The position numbers and the translations under genes were made by a program. A stretch of 64,000 nt of DNA from a virus, in the IMG/VR virus record IMGVR_UViG_3300021197_001769. One strand, 5' to 3'. The notes under the pieces were generated by a model that was given only the letters and a program-made list of their open reading frames with translations, was not told where the DNA came from and did not search any database. Below are positions 48,511-57,788 of the stretch, one piece after another (position 1 is the stretch's first letter; each line of letters begins with the position of its first letter).

Positions 48511-49801
48511 TTTTTAAAACCTCATATTCATCTTTTAGTTCTTTCCAATACTTTATACAAGAAGGATTCTGTTTTCTAATCTCGCACATAGTTTCAATAT
48601 ATTCAATAAACTTTATAAATTTAGGTATTCTTTCCTCTTCGTCCCATACAGTTAACATCTTATTAAAATTTTTAACTGCATTATGGTGACTTCTTCTAAA
48701 TATCTCTCTAGCTTCATCAATATACCATCTAGGTAAAACTCTATAATCTAGATAAGTAGGATTAACAACTAATGTAGGTATACTTCCTACACCGCCATTT
48801 TTATAATTCTTATCTGTCTTTTCTATAAAGTTAAAAATATTATCAATGTCTAATAAGTTACAAGCCATAGCAGTTACAGACCAATTAATTCTTAACTGAG
48901 GTTCAATTATTGTTCTATTATCTTTTAGAGGTTCTATTTTTTCTTTTAACCAACAATCGTGTTTATTTTTTTTCATTTCATGAAAGGTATCTATATACCA
49001 ATTTACATTATCACTTATAGTTTTAGTAGTAGCAGTTTTATGTCCTCTAATAAGATTATACAACTCTCCTGTACCTTCAATACTTATTATAAGTCTTATT
49101 CTATGAAAGTTAGACCACATAGTAAGAAGCTTTTTATCTCTATAAGTCATATTTGTAATATATTTTAACGTTATATTTTTTGATACTCCATGATTAATAA
49201 ACACATCTAATAGATCATATCTTTCATCTTGATATAAAGGTTCTCCACCTTTAACTTCTATCATTCTAACGTTTTGTGTAAGACTAGGAAACTCTAATAG
49301 ATCAGATATAGTGTTATGTTTAACTCTAATCATACCTGGTCTAGATTCTCTATTGAACTTATTATTTTCAATCTTGACTAATTTTTCTTCTTCTTTTAAC
49401 CAACCAGTTGAACTATGAACTCCACAATGTAAACATTTCAAATTACATTTATTACTTAGATCTAAATCCATCATAAGTATTTTAGGTTTAGTCATTTCAT
49501 CAGTAATATAAGGTTCTAAGTTTCTTCTATAATCATCTGCTCTAGTTTTACCTGCTTGACCTCTTAACTTACATACATTACAATTAGAAGGATACTTACC
49601 TTCATTAATATCTTTTCTTAACCAATCCCAACTTCTAAATTTATTTCTAATATTATTACCTACATTAGTATCTAAATTTTTATCCCAAGCATCATGATCA
49701 CCTTTCATATTGTATACACAACAAGGTACCACTTGACCCGTAGAGTCAACGTTCACAGAAGTAAAAGGAGCTACGCAAGGTTTATCTAGCAACGAACGCA
49801 T
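48503..49801 (-). CDS. Radical SAM protein with N-terminal Twitch/SPASM-like domain
   Basis: CVAPF...PCC...CNVC, CNLKCLHC, GGEP; start moved to MRSLLDK at 49801. Confidence 0.9.
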   Translation of the reverse strand: MRSLLDKPCVAPFTSVNVDSTGQVVPCCVYNMKGDHDAWDKNLDTNVGNNIRNKFRSWDWLRKDINEGKYPSNCNVCKLRGQAGKTRADDYRRNLEPYITDEMTKPKILMMDLDLSNKCNLKCLHCGVHSSTGWLKEEEKLVKIENNKFNRESRPGMIRVKHNTISDLLEFPSLTQNVRMIEVKGGEPLYQDERYDLLDVFINHGVSKNITLKYITNMTYRDKKLLTMWSNFHRIRLIISIEGTGELYNLIRGHKTATTKTISDNVNWYIDTFHEMKKNKHDCWLKEKIEPLKDNRTIIEPQLRINWSVTAMACNLLDIDNIFNFIEKTDKNYKNGGVGSIPTLVVNPTYLDYRVLPRWYIDEAREIFRRSHHNAVKNFNKMLTVWDEEERIPKFIKFIEYIETMCEIRKQNPSCIKYWKELKDEYEVLKNA

Positions 49802-51020
49802 CCATTTCTTCTGCCATATCAGGTAACAGATCTCTCCAAGATATATCAACTTGTTGTTTAACATCTAAGGTATCTGAAAATTCTATAAACTTAGGAATAA
49901 GTTCAGTCATGTCTCCATCTAATGTATTAATAGCATCCATAAAATGAGGATTATTTGCAAACTTAGAAGTTCTTAATTTATTTTTTATTTGTTGTTTAAA
50001 CTTAGGAGGTATAACTCTACAATCTAAGAACGTAGGATAATTGACTCTATGAGTGTGTAATTCTATACCCATATCTTCAAAGTCTTTAGCTATCTCTGGC
50101 ATAAACCATATGTTGTAAACTTGTAAAGTCAATGCACCAGCTATCTTATAAAGTTTAGGATGATCAATTACCTTTAAAATGTTTTCTTGTACTACTTTAT
50201 AATCACCTAACTGTCTAATATAATTATAGATATCCCCTGTACCGTCAATACTAATATTAATATGAACTCTTTTAAAACTATTCCACATTTCTAAGACATT
50301 GTCTTTCTTATAATTTAACTTAGTCATATTAGTAGCATATCTTAATGATACTTTATCTGCTTCTCCGTACTCCATAATATAATGTAAGACTTTATAATGT
50401 AAAGGATCAGTTAGAGGCTCACCTCCTGCAAAATATATCTCTCTAAAGTATGGACATAATGCTTTAAACTCATCCCAGAACTCTTCAGTGTGCCATTTAC
50501 TAACATAAGGTTTTCTTTCTATGTTAAACTGCTCTACTTTTTCATAAGTACTCTTATTATGCTTTTGCATTAATCCTTTTATTGCACCCCAGTCTTGAGC
50601 CCAAGAAGTACTATCTACTGGATGACACATTCTACACTTTAAGTTACAAAGATTAGATAACTTAGCTTCAAAGGTAGGTATCTTGAAAGGCATAAAACCA
50701 TCTTCATCCATCTCTTCCCATACAGGTCCGAAAGTCTTAATATGATTCTTTACTGTCCTTTGTCTCATAGATCTTATACCTTGATCTTCATGCTTCCAAC
50801 AAGCATTACACTCAGGAGACTTTATACCAGATAATAATTCTTTTCTAATAGCTCTCATTCTTGGGTTGTTCCAAGCTTCTTCTAAGCTCTCGTCTTGTAT
50901 ATTACTAGTTGGTCTAGCTCTACAACAAGGTTTTATTTCACCTGCGGTTTTTGTAGCTATATGTACAAAAGGAAATGTACAAAAAACGTCGTCATTTACT
51001 GTTGCTCTTTTAAAGTTCAT
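49782..51020 (-). CDS. Radical SAM protein with N-terminal Twitch/SPASM-like domain
   Basis: CTFPF...PCC...CNAC, CNLKCRMC, AGGEP, SIDG. Confidence 0.92.
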   Translation of the reverse strand: MNFKRATVNDDVFCTFPFVHIATKTAGEIKPCCRARPTSNIQDESLEEAWNNPRMRAIRKELLSGIKSPECNACWKHEDQGIRSMRQRTVKNHIKTFGPVWEEMDEDGFMPFKIPTFEAKLSNLCNLKCRMCHPVDSTSWAQDWGAIKGLMQKHNKSTYEKVEQFNIERKPYVSKWHTEEFWDEFKALCPYFREIYFAGGEPLTDPLHYKVLHYIMEYGEADKVSLRYATNMTKLNYKKDNVLEMWNSFKRVHINISIDGTGDIYNYIRQLGDYKVVQENILKVIDHPKLYKIAGALTLQVYNIWFMPEIAKDFEDMGIELHTHRVNYPTFLDCRVIPPKFKQQIKNKLRTSKFANNPHFMDAINTLDGDMTELIPKFIEFSDTLDVKQQVDISWRDLLPDMAEEMDAFVAR

Positions 51021-52083
51021 GTCCTACCCTTACTAGATCCCCGTATATAAGATCTTTTACTTTTGTTGTATTAAGATCAGCAGCGCATGCGCACCAATTT
51101 CTTATACAAGGTTCTGGTTTACTAATCATAGTAAACTCTTTAAAAATGTTCCCTAGTTTTTTAGTTCTACAAGTAGCATTCCATACATCACCGCTAGGTT
51201 CTATTCTTAGACTTTGTATACCAGCCCAACAATACCAACCTAGATATTGATTATTTTTAGCTACTGTAAACTCATTTACGTTAGTCTCTCTATTACTTAC
51301 TTCATAGTTATCGTTTACTTCATGTGCAATAACATTTTTAAAATCTGATACTGGAATATTTTTAAGATAGTTTAGTTCTTCATCAGTATAATAGCCTTTA
51401 TCGCCGCTATAATCTGGTCTACCATCTGAACCAGTTAAATTTATTGACGCTATTTGTTTATCATTATCAAAAGGTAATCTCATTTCTTTATTATCTTCTC
51501 TATAAGCAGGTCTTATTCTTCTTATTGAAACTGCTATACCTTTTTTTCTAAACTCATCTATTTGCTTAGCTGCTTTATCAAATACTGTAGGTAGCATCAT
51601 CATGTGAACATGTAAGTGTTGAAGGTTACCTGCTTCATGAACTGCATAGACACTATCAGGTATCTTTTCAACGTCATGATATTCCATATGATAAGAAAAT
51701 ATCATAGAGTTCACATACTGTGATAACTCTACATAATACTTTGTAGTTCTAGAACCATTAGTAGTAATACTAAACTGATTAATTCTATCACCGTATTTTT
51801 CTTTACCATATTTACAAAAGTCAAATAAGTGTTTACATATAGTAGGTTCACCACCAGTAAAAGAAAGTCTAATCTTTTTATCAGTAGTATTCATTATCTT
51901 ATCTAATGTAGCTTTCATTGTATCTAAGTCAGGGAAACCTGAACTATGATCATGCGTATGCTTATCACAATAAGAACAGTGAAAGTTACATCTCTTAGAA
52001 ATGAACCATTCTATCTTTACTAAATTATCTGAATTTTTATTGTTATGCTCTACAGCTACTTTTTTAGATAACATTTTAGCCAA
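51010..52083 (-). CDS. Radical SAM protein with C-terminal auxiliary-cluster domain
   Basis: CNFHCSYC, TGGEPT, TTNG, C.AG...TC...C...CAC; paralog of 41527..42582. Confidence 0.92.
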   Translation of the reverse strand: MAKMLSKKVAVEHNNKNSDNLVKIEWFISKRCNFHCSYCDKHTHDHSSGFPDLDTMKATLDKIMNTTDKKIRLSFTGGEPTICKHLFDFCKYGKEKYGDRINQFSITTNGSRTTKYYVELSQYVNSMIFSYHMEYHDVEKIPDSVYAVHEAGNLQHLHVHMMMLPTVFDKAAKQIDEFRKKGIAVSIRRIRPAYREDNKEMRLPFDNDKQIASINLTGSDGRPDYSGDKGYYTDEELNYLKNIPVSDFKNVIAHEVNDNYEVSNRETNVNEFTVAKNNQYLGWYCWAGIQSLRIEPSGDVWNATCRTKKLGNIFKEFTMISKPEPCIRNWCACAADLNTTKVKDLIYGDLVRVGHEL

Positions 52084-53477
52084 TCCATATCTGGGTATAT
52101 TTTATCAAAATCTTGACCTCTAGTTTCTGCTACAGTATAACACCACTCAGCAGTCTCAGGTAATCTTTCTGACCAATCTTCAGCATCCATAAAGTTTAAA
52201 AGACCTTCTAATCTTTTAATACCATATTCACTATTACGCCATTGTTCATAAGATACATTGTGCTCTTTAACACCTGTACATTTTTGCCAATTTTGTTCTA
52301 GCCAAGGATACAAATCTTGTTCCCATTTAAGTCTGACTTCTTCTTTAAAAAAAGTAGGTAAAGCTTTAACGTTCAACTGAGGGGGCCAATAAGCTAAGTG
52401 ACAACTAAATATACCTGCACCAGAAGGCCACTGATTAAGTAGTTTAAACTCACTGTTTATTTTCCACTTAATAAATTCTGGTACGTAAAAATAATTAATT
52501 GCCATTCCTGTAAAAGCAGTAGTAAGCATTAAATTACCATGAGGGTAATTATCTAATACATGCATCTGCTTTTCTAAATGTTTAAACTCTGCAGGGTATC
52601 TAACAAAGTTTAATCTGTCTTCAATATCATCTATACTAAAATGATATATTACTTTCTTGAAATGTTTCCATAAATCGAATAGATCATCTCTCCATTCTAA
52701 ACCATTAGAGTTATATCTTACTTCCATTTGAGAAGCATAACCTTCTCTTATACATTTTTCTAATAGTTCATAATGCTCATCATGTATTAGAGGTTCACCA
52801 CCTGCCCAATACAATTGTTTAATATGAGGTATTTGAGTATATAATTCTGGAAAAAAATCTTTATTCTTTTTATGCCAGTTATATGAACCACCGGACCAAG
52901 CTAACTTACCTGACTCTTTTTCCCAAGCCATAGTACTTTTAAGTTTTTTGTTTTTTAAATTAGACCATATTTTTTTATGGTCAGGTACCCAGTTAGATGA
53001 ATCATGCGGTGAGCACATAACACATGCTAATTGACATTTAGATCCTAATCTTAAGTCTACGTATCTGACTTGAGCAGGTACTTCACCAGTTTCAGTATCG
53101 TAACCTTGTAGTATAGATTCAATACCTTCATCTCTAATCCACTTATCAGTTTCCCATTGTCTTTTAGATCTATGTCCAGCTTCTTCTTCCTTATAACATT
53201 TAAGACATGATGCTGGTTTTTCACCTCTCATCATAGTCTTTCTAGTTTCTTTCATATAGGTATTATTCCAAGCTTCAAGTAAACCAGTAGTTGCTAGGTT
53301 AGCAGGTTTACCGTCTTCTCTTCTTAATACACCTACTTCTGAAGCTGTTTTATTTGTACTATCTGCATTCTGTACTCCAGATGCATTAGCAGTACAACAG
53401 ACACGCATATGTCCATTAGGTCTAGTACTTACATGCATCCATGGAAGTGCACAAAACGTTTCTGAAGGATAAGCCAT
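52056..53477 (-). CDS. Radical SAM protein with N-terminal Twitch/SPASM-like domain
   Basis: CALPW...VCC...CLKC, CQLACVMC, AGGEP. Confidence 0.92.
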   Translation of the reverse strand: MAYPSETFCALPWMHVSTRPNGHMRVCCTANASGVQNADSTNKTASEVGVLRREDGKPANLATTGLLEAWNNTYMKETRKTMMRGEKPASCLKCYKEEEAGHRSKRQWETDKWIRDEGIESILQGYDTETGEVPAQVRYVDLRLGSKCQLACVMCSPHDSSNWVPDHKKIWSNLKNKKLKSTMAWEKESGKLAWSGGSYNWHKKNKDFFPELYTQIPHIKQLYWAGGEPLIHDEHYELLEKCIREGYASQMEVRYNSNGLEWRDDLFDLWKHFKKVIYHFSIDDIEDRLNFVRYPAEFKHLEKQMHVLDNYPHGNLMLTTAFTGMAINYFYVPEFIKWKINSEFKLLNQWPSGAGIFSCHLAYWPPQLNVKALPTFFKEEVRLKWEQDLYPWLEQNWQKCTGVKEHNVSYEQWRNSEYGIKRLEGLLNFMDAEDWSERLPETAEWCYTVAETRGQDFDKIYPDMDWLKCYLKK

Positions 53478-54040
53478 TAGGCTGTTTCCGGAGGCGTCTC
53501 TTCAGTTTGTTTAGCAGGATTGTCTAAAATAGTTGCTGCGGTCATAGCTACTATTTCCATAAGGTTACCAGCTTTTCTAATCTTAGCTTTAAGTTCTCTA
53601 TTCTTAGAACTCTTTACTTCATCGATTTCGAAAGCTTGTAATTTTAATTTAAAAAGATCATCTTGAGTCAACTCTGTAAGGTTAGTAGCTGCAGGGGCTG
53701 CAGTTTCACCTTGCTTAGACAACTGTTTTCCGATATCACTCATTACCTCTGCGGTAATTTCGTTACGTAACTCGTTGTGCTCGCTGATTAATCTTTCGTG
53801 GAACTTGGTAGTATTTTCTTCAACAACTGTTAAAGGAACTTGCTTAACAAACTCTTCGAAGATTGGATTGGGTCCAACTGACACCGTCCTCAAAAATTTG
53901 CTAACTCTTTCAGGCGCTTGCCCGTCATAGCCTTCTACGTGAAAGTGCTCTTCAACGTTGACGTTGATAGTAGTTTTATCATCGTCAACGAAGTAAGCAG
54001 TTTCCGGCGTATAGACTGTATTCATAATTTCCGTTTTCAT
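53477..54040 (-). CDS. Hypothetical protein heading the radical SAM operon
   Basis: Intact ORF with GGAG RBS; C-terminal LFKLKLQAFE...KAKIRKA helix bundle. Confidence 0.65.
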   Translation of the reverse strand: MKTEIMNTVYTPETAYFVDDDKTTINVNVEEHFHVEGYDGQAPERVSKFLRTVSVGPNPIFEEFVKQVPLTVVEENTTKFHERLISEHNELRNEITAEVMSDIGKQLSKQGETAAPAATNLTELTQDDLFKLKLQAFEIDEVKSSKNRELKAKIRKAGNLMEIVAMTAATILDNPAKQTEETPPETA

Positions 54041-54064
54041 AATATATTTTTCTCCGCTTTGCTA

Positions 54065-54997
54065 TTATGTATTAGCTAGTCTTAGATAATGGTTAGTAGT
54101 ACTTAAACTATTAACATCTCTATAGTATGTATGGCCTGATATTACCTGGCCAGATGATGCATTTGTAGAGCCATCATAATGTGTTTCTACAAAACCACCT
54201 GCATCAATACCTGATGTAGATGTACTGAAAGTATAGACTAATTTACTACTTTCATTTATTCTGTTATACAAGAAAGGAGTAAAAAAGCTCTGAATTTCTG
54301 CATCTGACATTTCAATAAATCCTGCATTAGTAGAATTATATCTTACAGGTCTTGAAGTAGTCGGGGCTGACTCTGAAGTCTTCTTGTATAGTGTATAAGT
54401 TGTTGTACTTGGTCCACCTGTATTACCAGCTGTAACTTGTCTATTAGCCATTGTCATACCTGTAGAAGCATATGTACCGTCAGGTGCAGAAGTTGCTAAA
54501 TGAAACTTACCAACGCCTCCTCCTTCAACATCTTGAATGATAGGATCAATAACTGTATCATACATATCAGCTAATGTCTTAGTAGCACCTACATAACCTA
54601 ATGGTTGTAGGTTATCATAGTCAGCATCTACAGCAACTAATGCTCCAGCATTCCAAGTTGTACTATTAGGTTCGTCAGTACTGTTATTATAATTTTGATA
54701 CATTGTATAGGTAGTTGCTCCTGATGAACCAGGGGCATTAACGTTTGAGTTGGAAGGTCCTACTCCCCATACGTTACCAATATCAGTAGTTCTTCTACCT
54801 TGTGATCTTGATTCATCTGTTACTGCTCCGATAGAACTATAACCGGATGGATTTGAATTAATTGTTAAGTGCCCTGGATCATTAGTTCTACCAGCCCAGT
54901 ATACTCTTACTACGTATGATACGTAATCTAAATCTGCATCTGACATTTCAATAAGGCCAGATGTTCCGTTAATTTTTAGGGGTCTTCTTACAGTCAT
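54065..54997 (-). CDS. Probable virion structural protein with internal duplication
   Basis: RPLKINGTSGLIEMSDAD and RPVRYNSTNAGFIEMSDAE repeats; S/T/G-rich; late-promoter variant at 55032-55039. Confidence 0.6.
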   Translation of the reverse strand: MTVRRPLKINGTSGLIEMSDADLDYVSYVVRVYWAGRTNDPGHLTINSNPSGYSSIGAVTDESRSQGRRTTDIGNVWGVGPSNSNVNAPGSSGATTYTMYQNYNNSTDEPNSTTWNAGALVAVDADYDNLQPLGYVGATKTLADMYDTVIDPIIQDVEGGGVGKFHLATSAPDGTYASTGMTMANRQVTAGNTGGPSTTTYTLYKKTSESAPTTSRPVRYNSTNAGFIEMSDAEIQSFFTPFLYNRINESSKLVYTFSTSTSGIDAGGFVETHYDGSTNASSGQVISGHTYYRDVNSLSTTNHYLRLANT

Positions 54998-55041
54998 TTG
55001 TCTATTCCTCTTTAAACTGTTATAGTTAGTTTATTTATTTT

Positions 55042-56352
55042 TTACCCGTCTGAGTCAAATCCTACCATAGAAAATACAGTGCTTCCACTTACATTTTTTA
55101 TTCTTAATCGTTTAGTTTTAGTAAACATATCGTTTTGGAACTCAAATCGAGAACCAGCTTTTAGTACACCATTACTAACGTCAAGTGTTCCTTTCATAGT
55201 ATGAATTGAATCAGAATCGAAAGTTTTTGTTTCAGATACAGTACCAAAGTTTTGAGTTATAAGAAAACTACCAGAAGTAACTTGTCTCCATTCAGCAAAG
55301 GTAGATCCGCCAGATCCATCTGAATCAATTAAGACAACTCCTTGAGAGATTCTATCTGAATCTGACATGGCTCTAGCTTTAGCTTGAGCGGCAGTAGAGT
55401 TCACTACTGACATATCTAGCCAATATAAATGACTAGGCTCTGAATCATTTTCAGCACCTGGAGGCTGTATCCACAAATCACCATTTAACCCGGGCTTAGA
55501 CGAGGTTGCTGCAACTGCAGGAGGGGTGTTGGATGTTGTAGGTATTCTAGCTGTTAAATCTAGAATAGAGGGATTATTTTGATCTATAGAAACTCTAAAT
55601 TGATCTGTCCCTTCGTTTATTCCACCTGTCGCTAATGTTAAATTAGTAACGAAGTATGAATTCTCTGAACCAGAAACGAACTTACGTAATGGTACTGACG
55701 TTGAGGTTATTGATTTAACTGAACCTGCCGTCTTATATGTTTTTATAAAACTTGTTGGTGTTATTGTACCTTGTTTTGCGAAAATATCGTTGTCTGAATC
55801 TGATGATTGTATCAATCTTGATACTGTTGTTCTTGTATGATCTATGTATCTGACAAAATCAGAATCTAAATCATAACTTAATGCTTGATCTGAGTCATCT
55901 GTAAAAACTAATACTTGACTAGTTTTACCAAACTCTCCTAATGCTGTACCGTTGATAACACTAGTAGATGGGTGGTTAGCAGCAACGTGAGTTACAAAAT
56001 CATTAACCCAATTACCCACTGTAGTATCATCACTGTCTATAAAAATAAAAGACTTAGTACCATTATTAAAATTAATACCCACTTTTTGTCCTATGTAAGC
56101 AGAACTTATAGGAGAAAAATCTAATAAAATACCCGCATTTTGCTGAAACGTTTCTATTTTATCTGTATAGTCTATATCTTGAAAAGTATTCTTTTTTGTA
56201 TATAATTTACTTGTAGAAAGGTTTATTGCTATTTCACCTTCTAGCAAATCAGTAGCTAGAGGAGCTCCGTCACCGTTCACAGTAGCACTATAAGTCCTTC
56301 TATGTTGGTAAAAACCTCTACTAAAATCTGAATCTACATTAGGGTTAGCCAT
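55042..56352 (-). CDS. Tail-fibre-like virion protein, DSD-rich
   Basis: P...LLEGEIAINL...LYTK fibre N-terminal motif; NGDLW; C-terminal LRIKN module; about 9 DSD. Confidence 0.7.
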   Translation of the reverse strand: MANPNVDSDFSRGFYQHRRTYSATVNGDGAPLATDLLEGEIAINLSTSKLYTKKNTFQDIDYTDKIETFQQNAGILLDFSPISSAYIGQKVGINFNNGTKSFIFIDSDDTTVGNWVNDFVTHVAANHPSTSVINGTALGEFGKTSQVLVFTDDSDQALSYDLDSDFVRYIDHTRTTVSRLIQSSDSDNDIFAKQGTITPTSFIKTYKTAGSVKSITSTSVPLRKFVSGSENSYFVTNLTLATGGINEGTDQFRVSIDQNNPSILDLTARIPTTSNTPPAVAATSSKPGLNGDLWIQPPGAENDSEPSHLYWLDMSVVNSTAAQAKARAMSDSDRISQGVVLIDSDGSGGSTFAEWRQVTSGSFLITQNFGTVSETKTFDSDSIHTMKGTLDVSNGVLKAGSRFEFQNDMFTKTKRLRIKNVSGSTVFSMVGFDSDG

Positions 56353-57776
56353 TAACCTACACTTCCTTTAACAAATAATTCTATCCTACCTGAAAATGGG
56401 TAGTTAGAAATTAATATCAATATTCCATCTTTAGTTACTATTGATGGTATATTTATTTCATTGTACCAATTGCCTATGCTTTGACTAACACCAACAGGGT
56501 ATGTTGCGTTACCAGCCGCTATTTGAGCTCTTCTATACTTTCTAGCCATAATAGTATCTGAGTCTCCTACATTGACAGTAACAACGTTATCATCACCATC
56601 ACCTGTAATATTTTCATTGTTGTTAGTTACATAACCACTAAAAAAATCTTGCAATTTATTTCCAAATTCATCTGAATCATAACCTATTTCTTGGAATACT
56701 TTGAATACAGGAGCGCCATCTGTAAGAGTTATTCTTTGACCGTTAGATGACATTATAGGTAACAAGTATTGGTTTTGTAATATAACTGAATCTGATTCAT
56801 TTAAATCAGCTTTATTCCATTGAAACCAATCTCTTGAATGAAACTTATCGTGAGTCTGTTTTATATTAGTATCACCAGAGTCAGTAATAGTAGTTTGTTT
56901 ATACACCCATCCAGTATTTGCACCTAGATATGTACACTCAACTTCAATATGTTTTGTATTAAACGTAATTGGTGATACTGGAATATTACTTCTATAACCT
57001 GTTGTACCTGCAAATGGTATTTTTTCATAACCGGTAATTCCAACTATATCTGAATTAGTAATCTGTGTTTGTCTTAATGAAGCATTAGTACCTGATGCAG
57101 CTCCTGGAACTGTTATTCTACTATGGTTAACAGATGGGAAGCTATCAGAGTCAGCAGCTAGTCCTGCTTCAGGTGTATTAGTAATCCATTCATTTATTTG
57201 AGATACACTATTCCATTCATAAGGTGTAGCCCATAATGACATAGGAGTTGATTCAGATATATGACCTAAACTATCTCTTATGATTACTCTATCACCAGCT
57301 TTAGCTAGTGGTAATACTATATGAAAATAATCTGAATCTAATTGAGTTAAGTCAGGAGTTATTTGCTCTCCTCTTGACATGAAATACCATTCTTTACTTA
57401 AGTATATAGATGGTATAGTTGAACTTGAAGGTGAATAAATTACACCGTCTGAATCTTTTACAAAATAACCTTCACCATTATGGAAAAAATCATATGAACC
57501 ATCTGCTCTTTCAGTAGCACCATCTGAATCTTGCTTAAATGAAACTCTCTTAAATTTAGTAGCTGGATGTAACTCACCTACTTTATATTCACCTTCTGAA
57601 TAGGCTTTTCTATATCCATAGTTCTTTCCATCAGGATCATTACCAATTGGGTTGTCACCGTAGTTAGCATAGATGTCAGCGAAAAGATTATTAATCTTCA
57701 TACCGCCTTTTCTAGCTGTATCTCCTGTCCCCGAATCTGGGGCTGTTCCTAAATTTATTAAATCTTTACTTGACAT
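56352..57776 (-). CDS. Baseplate gp9/gp10-like virion protein
   Basis: INLGTAPDSGTGDTARKGGMKINNLFADIY N-terminal motif typical of T4 gp9/gp10; LP...GD.V.I.D; about 6 DSD. Confidence 0.7.
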   Translation of the reverse strand: MSSKDLINLGTAPDSGTGDTARKGGMKINNLFADIYANYGDNPIGNDPDGKNYGYRKAYSEGEYKVGELHPATKFKRVSFKQDSDGATERADGSYDFFHNGEGYFVKDSDGVIYSPSSSTIPSIYLSKEWYFMSRGEQITPDLTQLDSDYFHIVLPLAKAGDRVIIRDSLGHISESTPMSLWATPYEWNSVSQINEWITNTPEAGLAADSDSFPSVNHSRITVPGAASGTNASLRQTQITNSDIVGITGYEKIPFAGTTGYRSNIPVSPITFNTKHIEVECTYLGANTGWVYKQTTITDSGDTNIKQTHDKFHSRDWFQWNKADLNESDSVILQNQYLLPIMSSNGQRITLTDGAPVFKVFQEIGYDSDEFGNKLQDFFSGYVTNNNENITGDGDDNVVTVNVGDSDTIMARKYRRAQIAAGNATYPVGVSQSIGNWYNEINIPSIVTKDGILILISNYPFSGRIELFVKGSVG

Positions 57777-57788
57777 ATCTTATTTATT

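Noticed and set aside
33047-53477. Classical RiPP cluster with a small precursor peptide
   Set aside because: Genes overlap or abut throughout, leaving little room for a precursor ORF, and no protease or exporter is seen. A precursor outside the window cannot be excluded.
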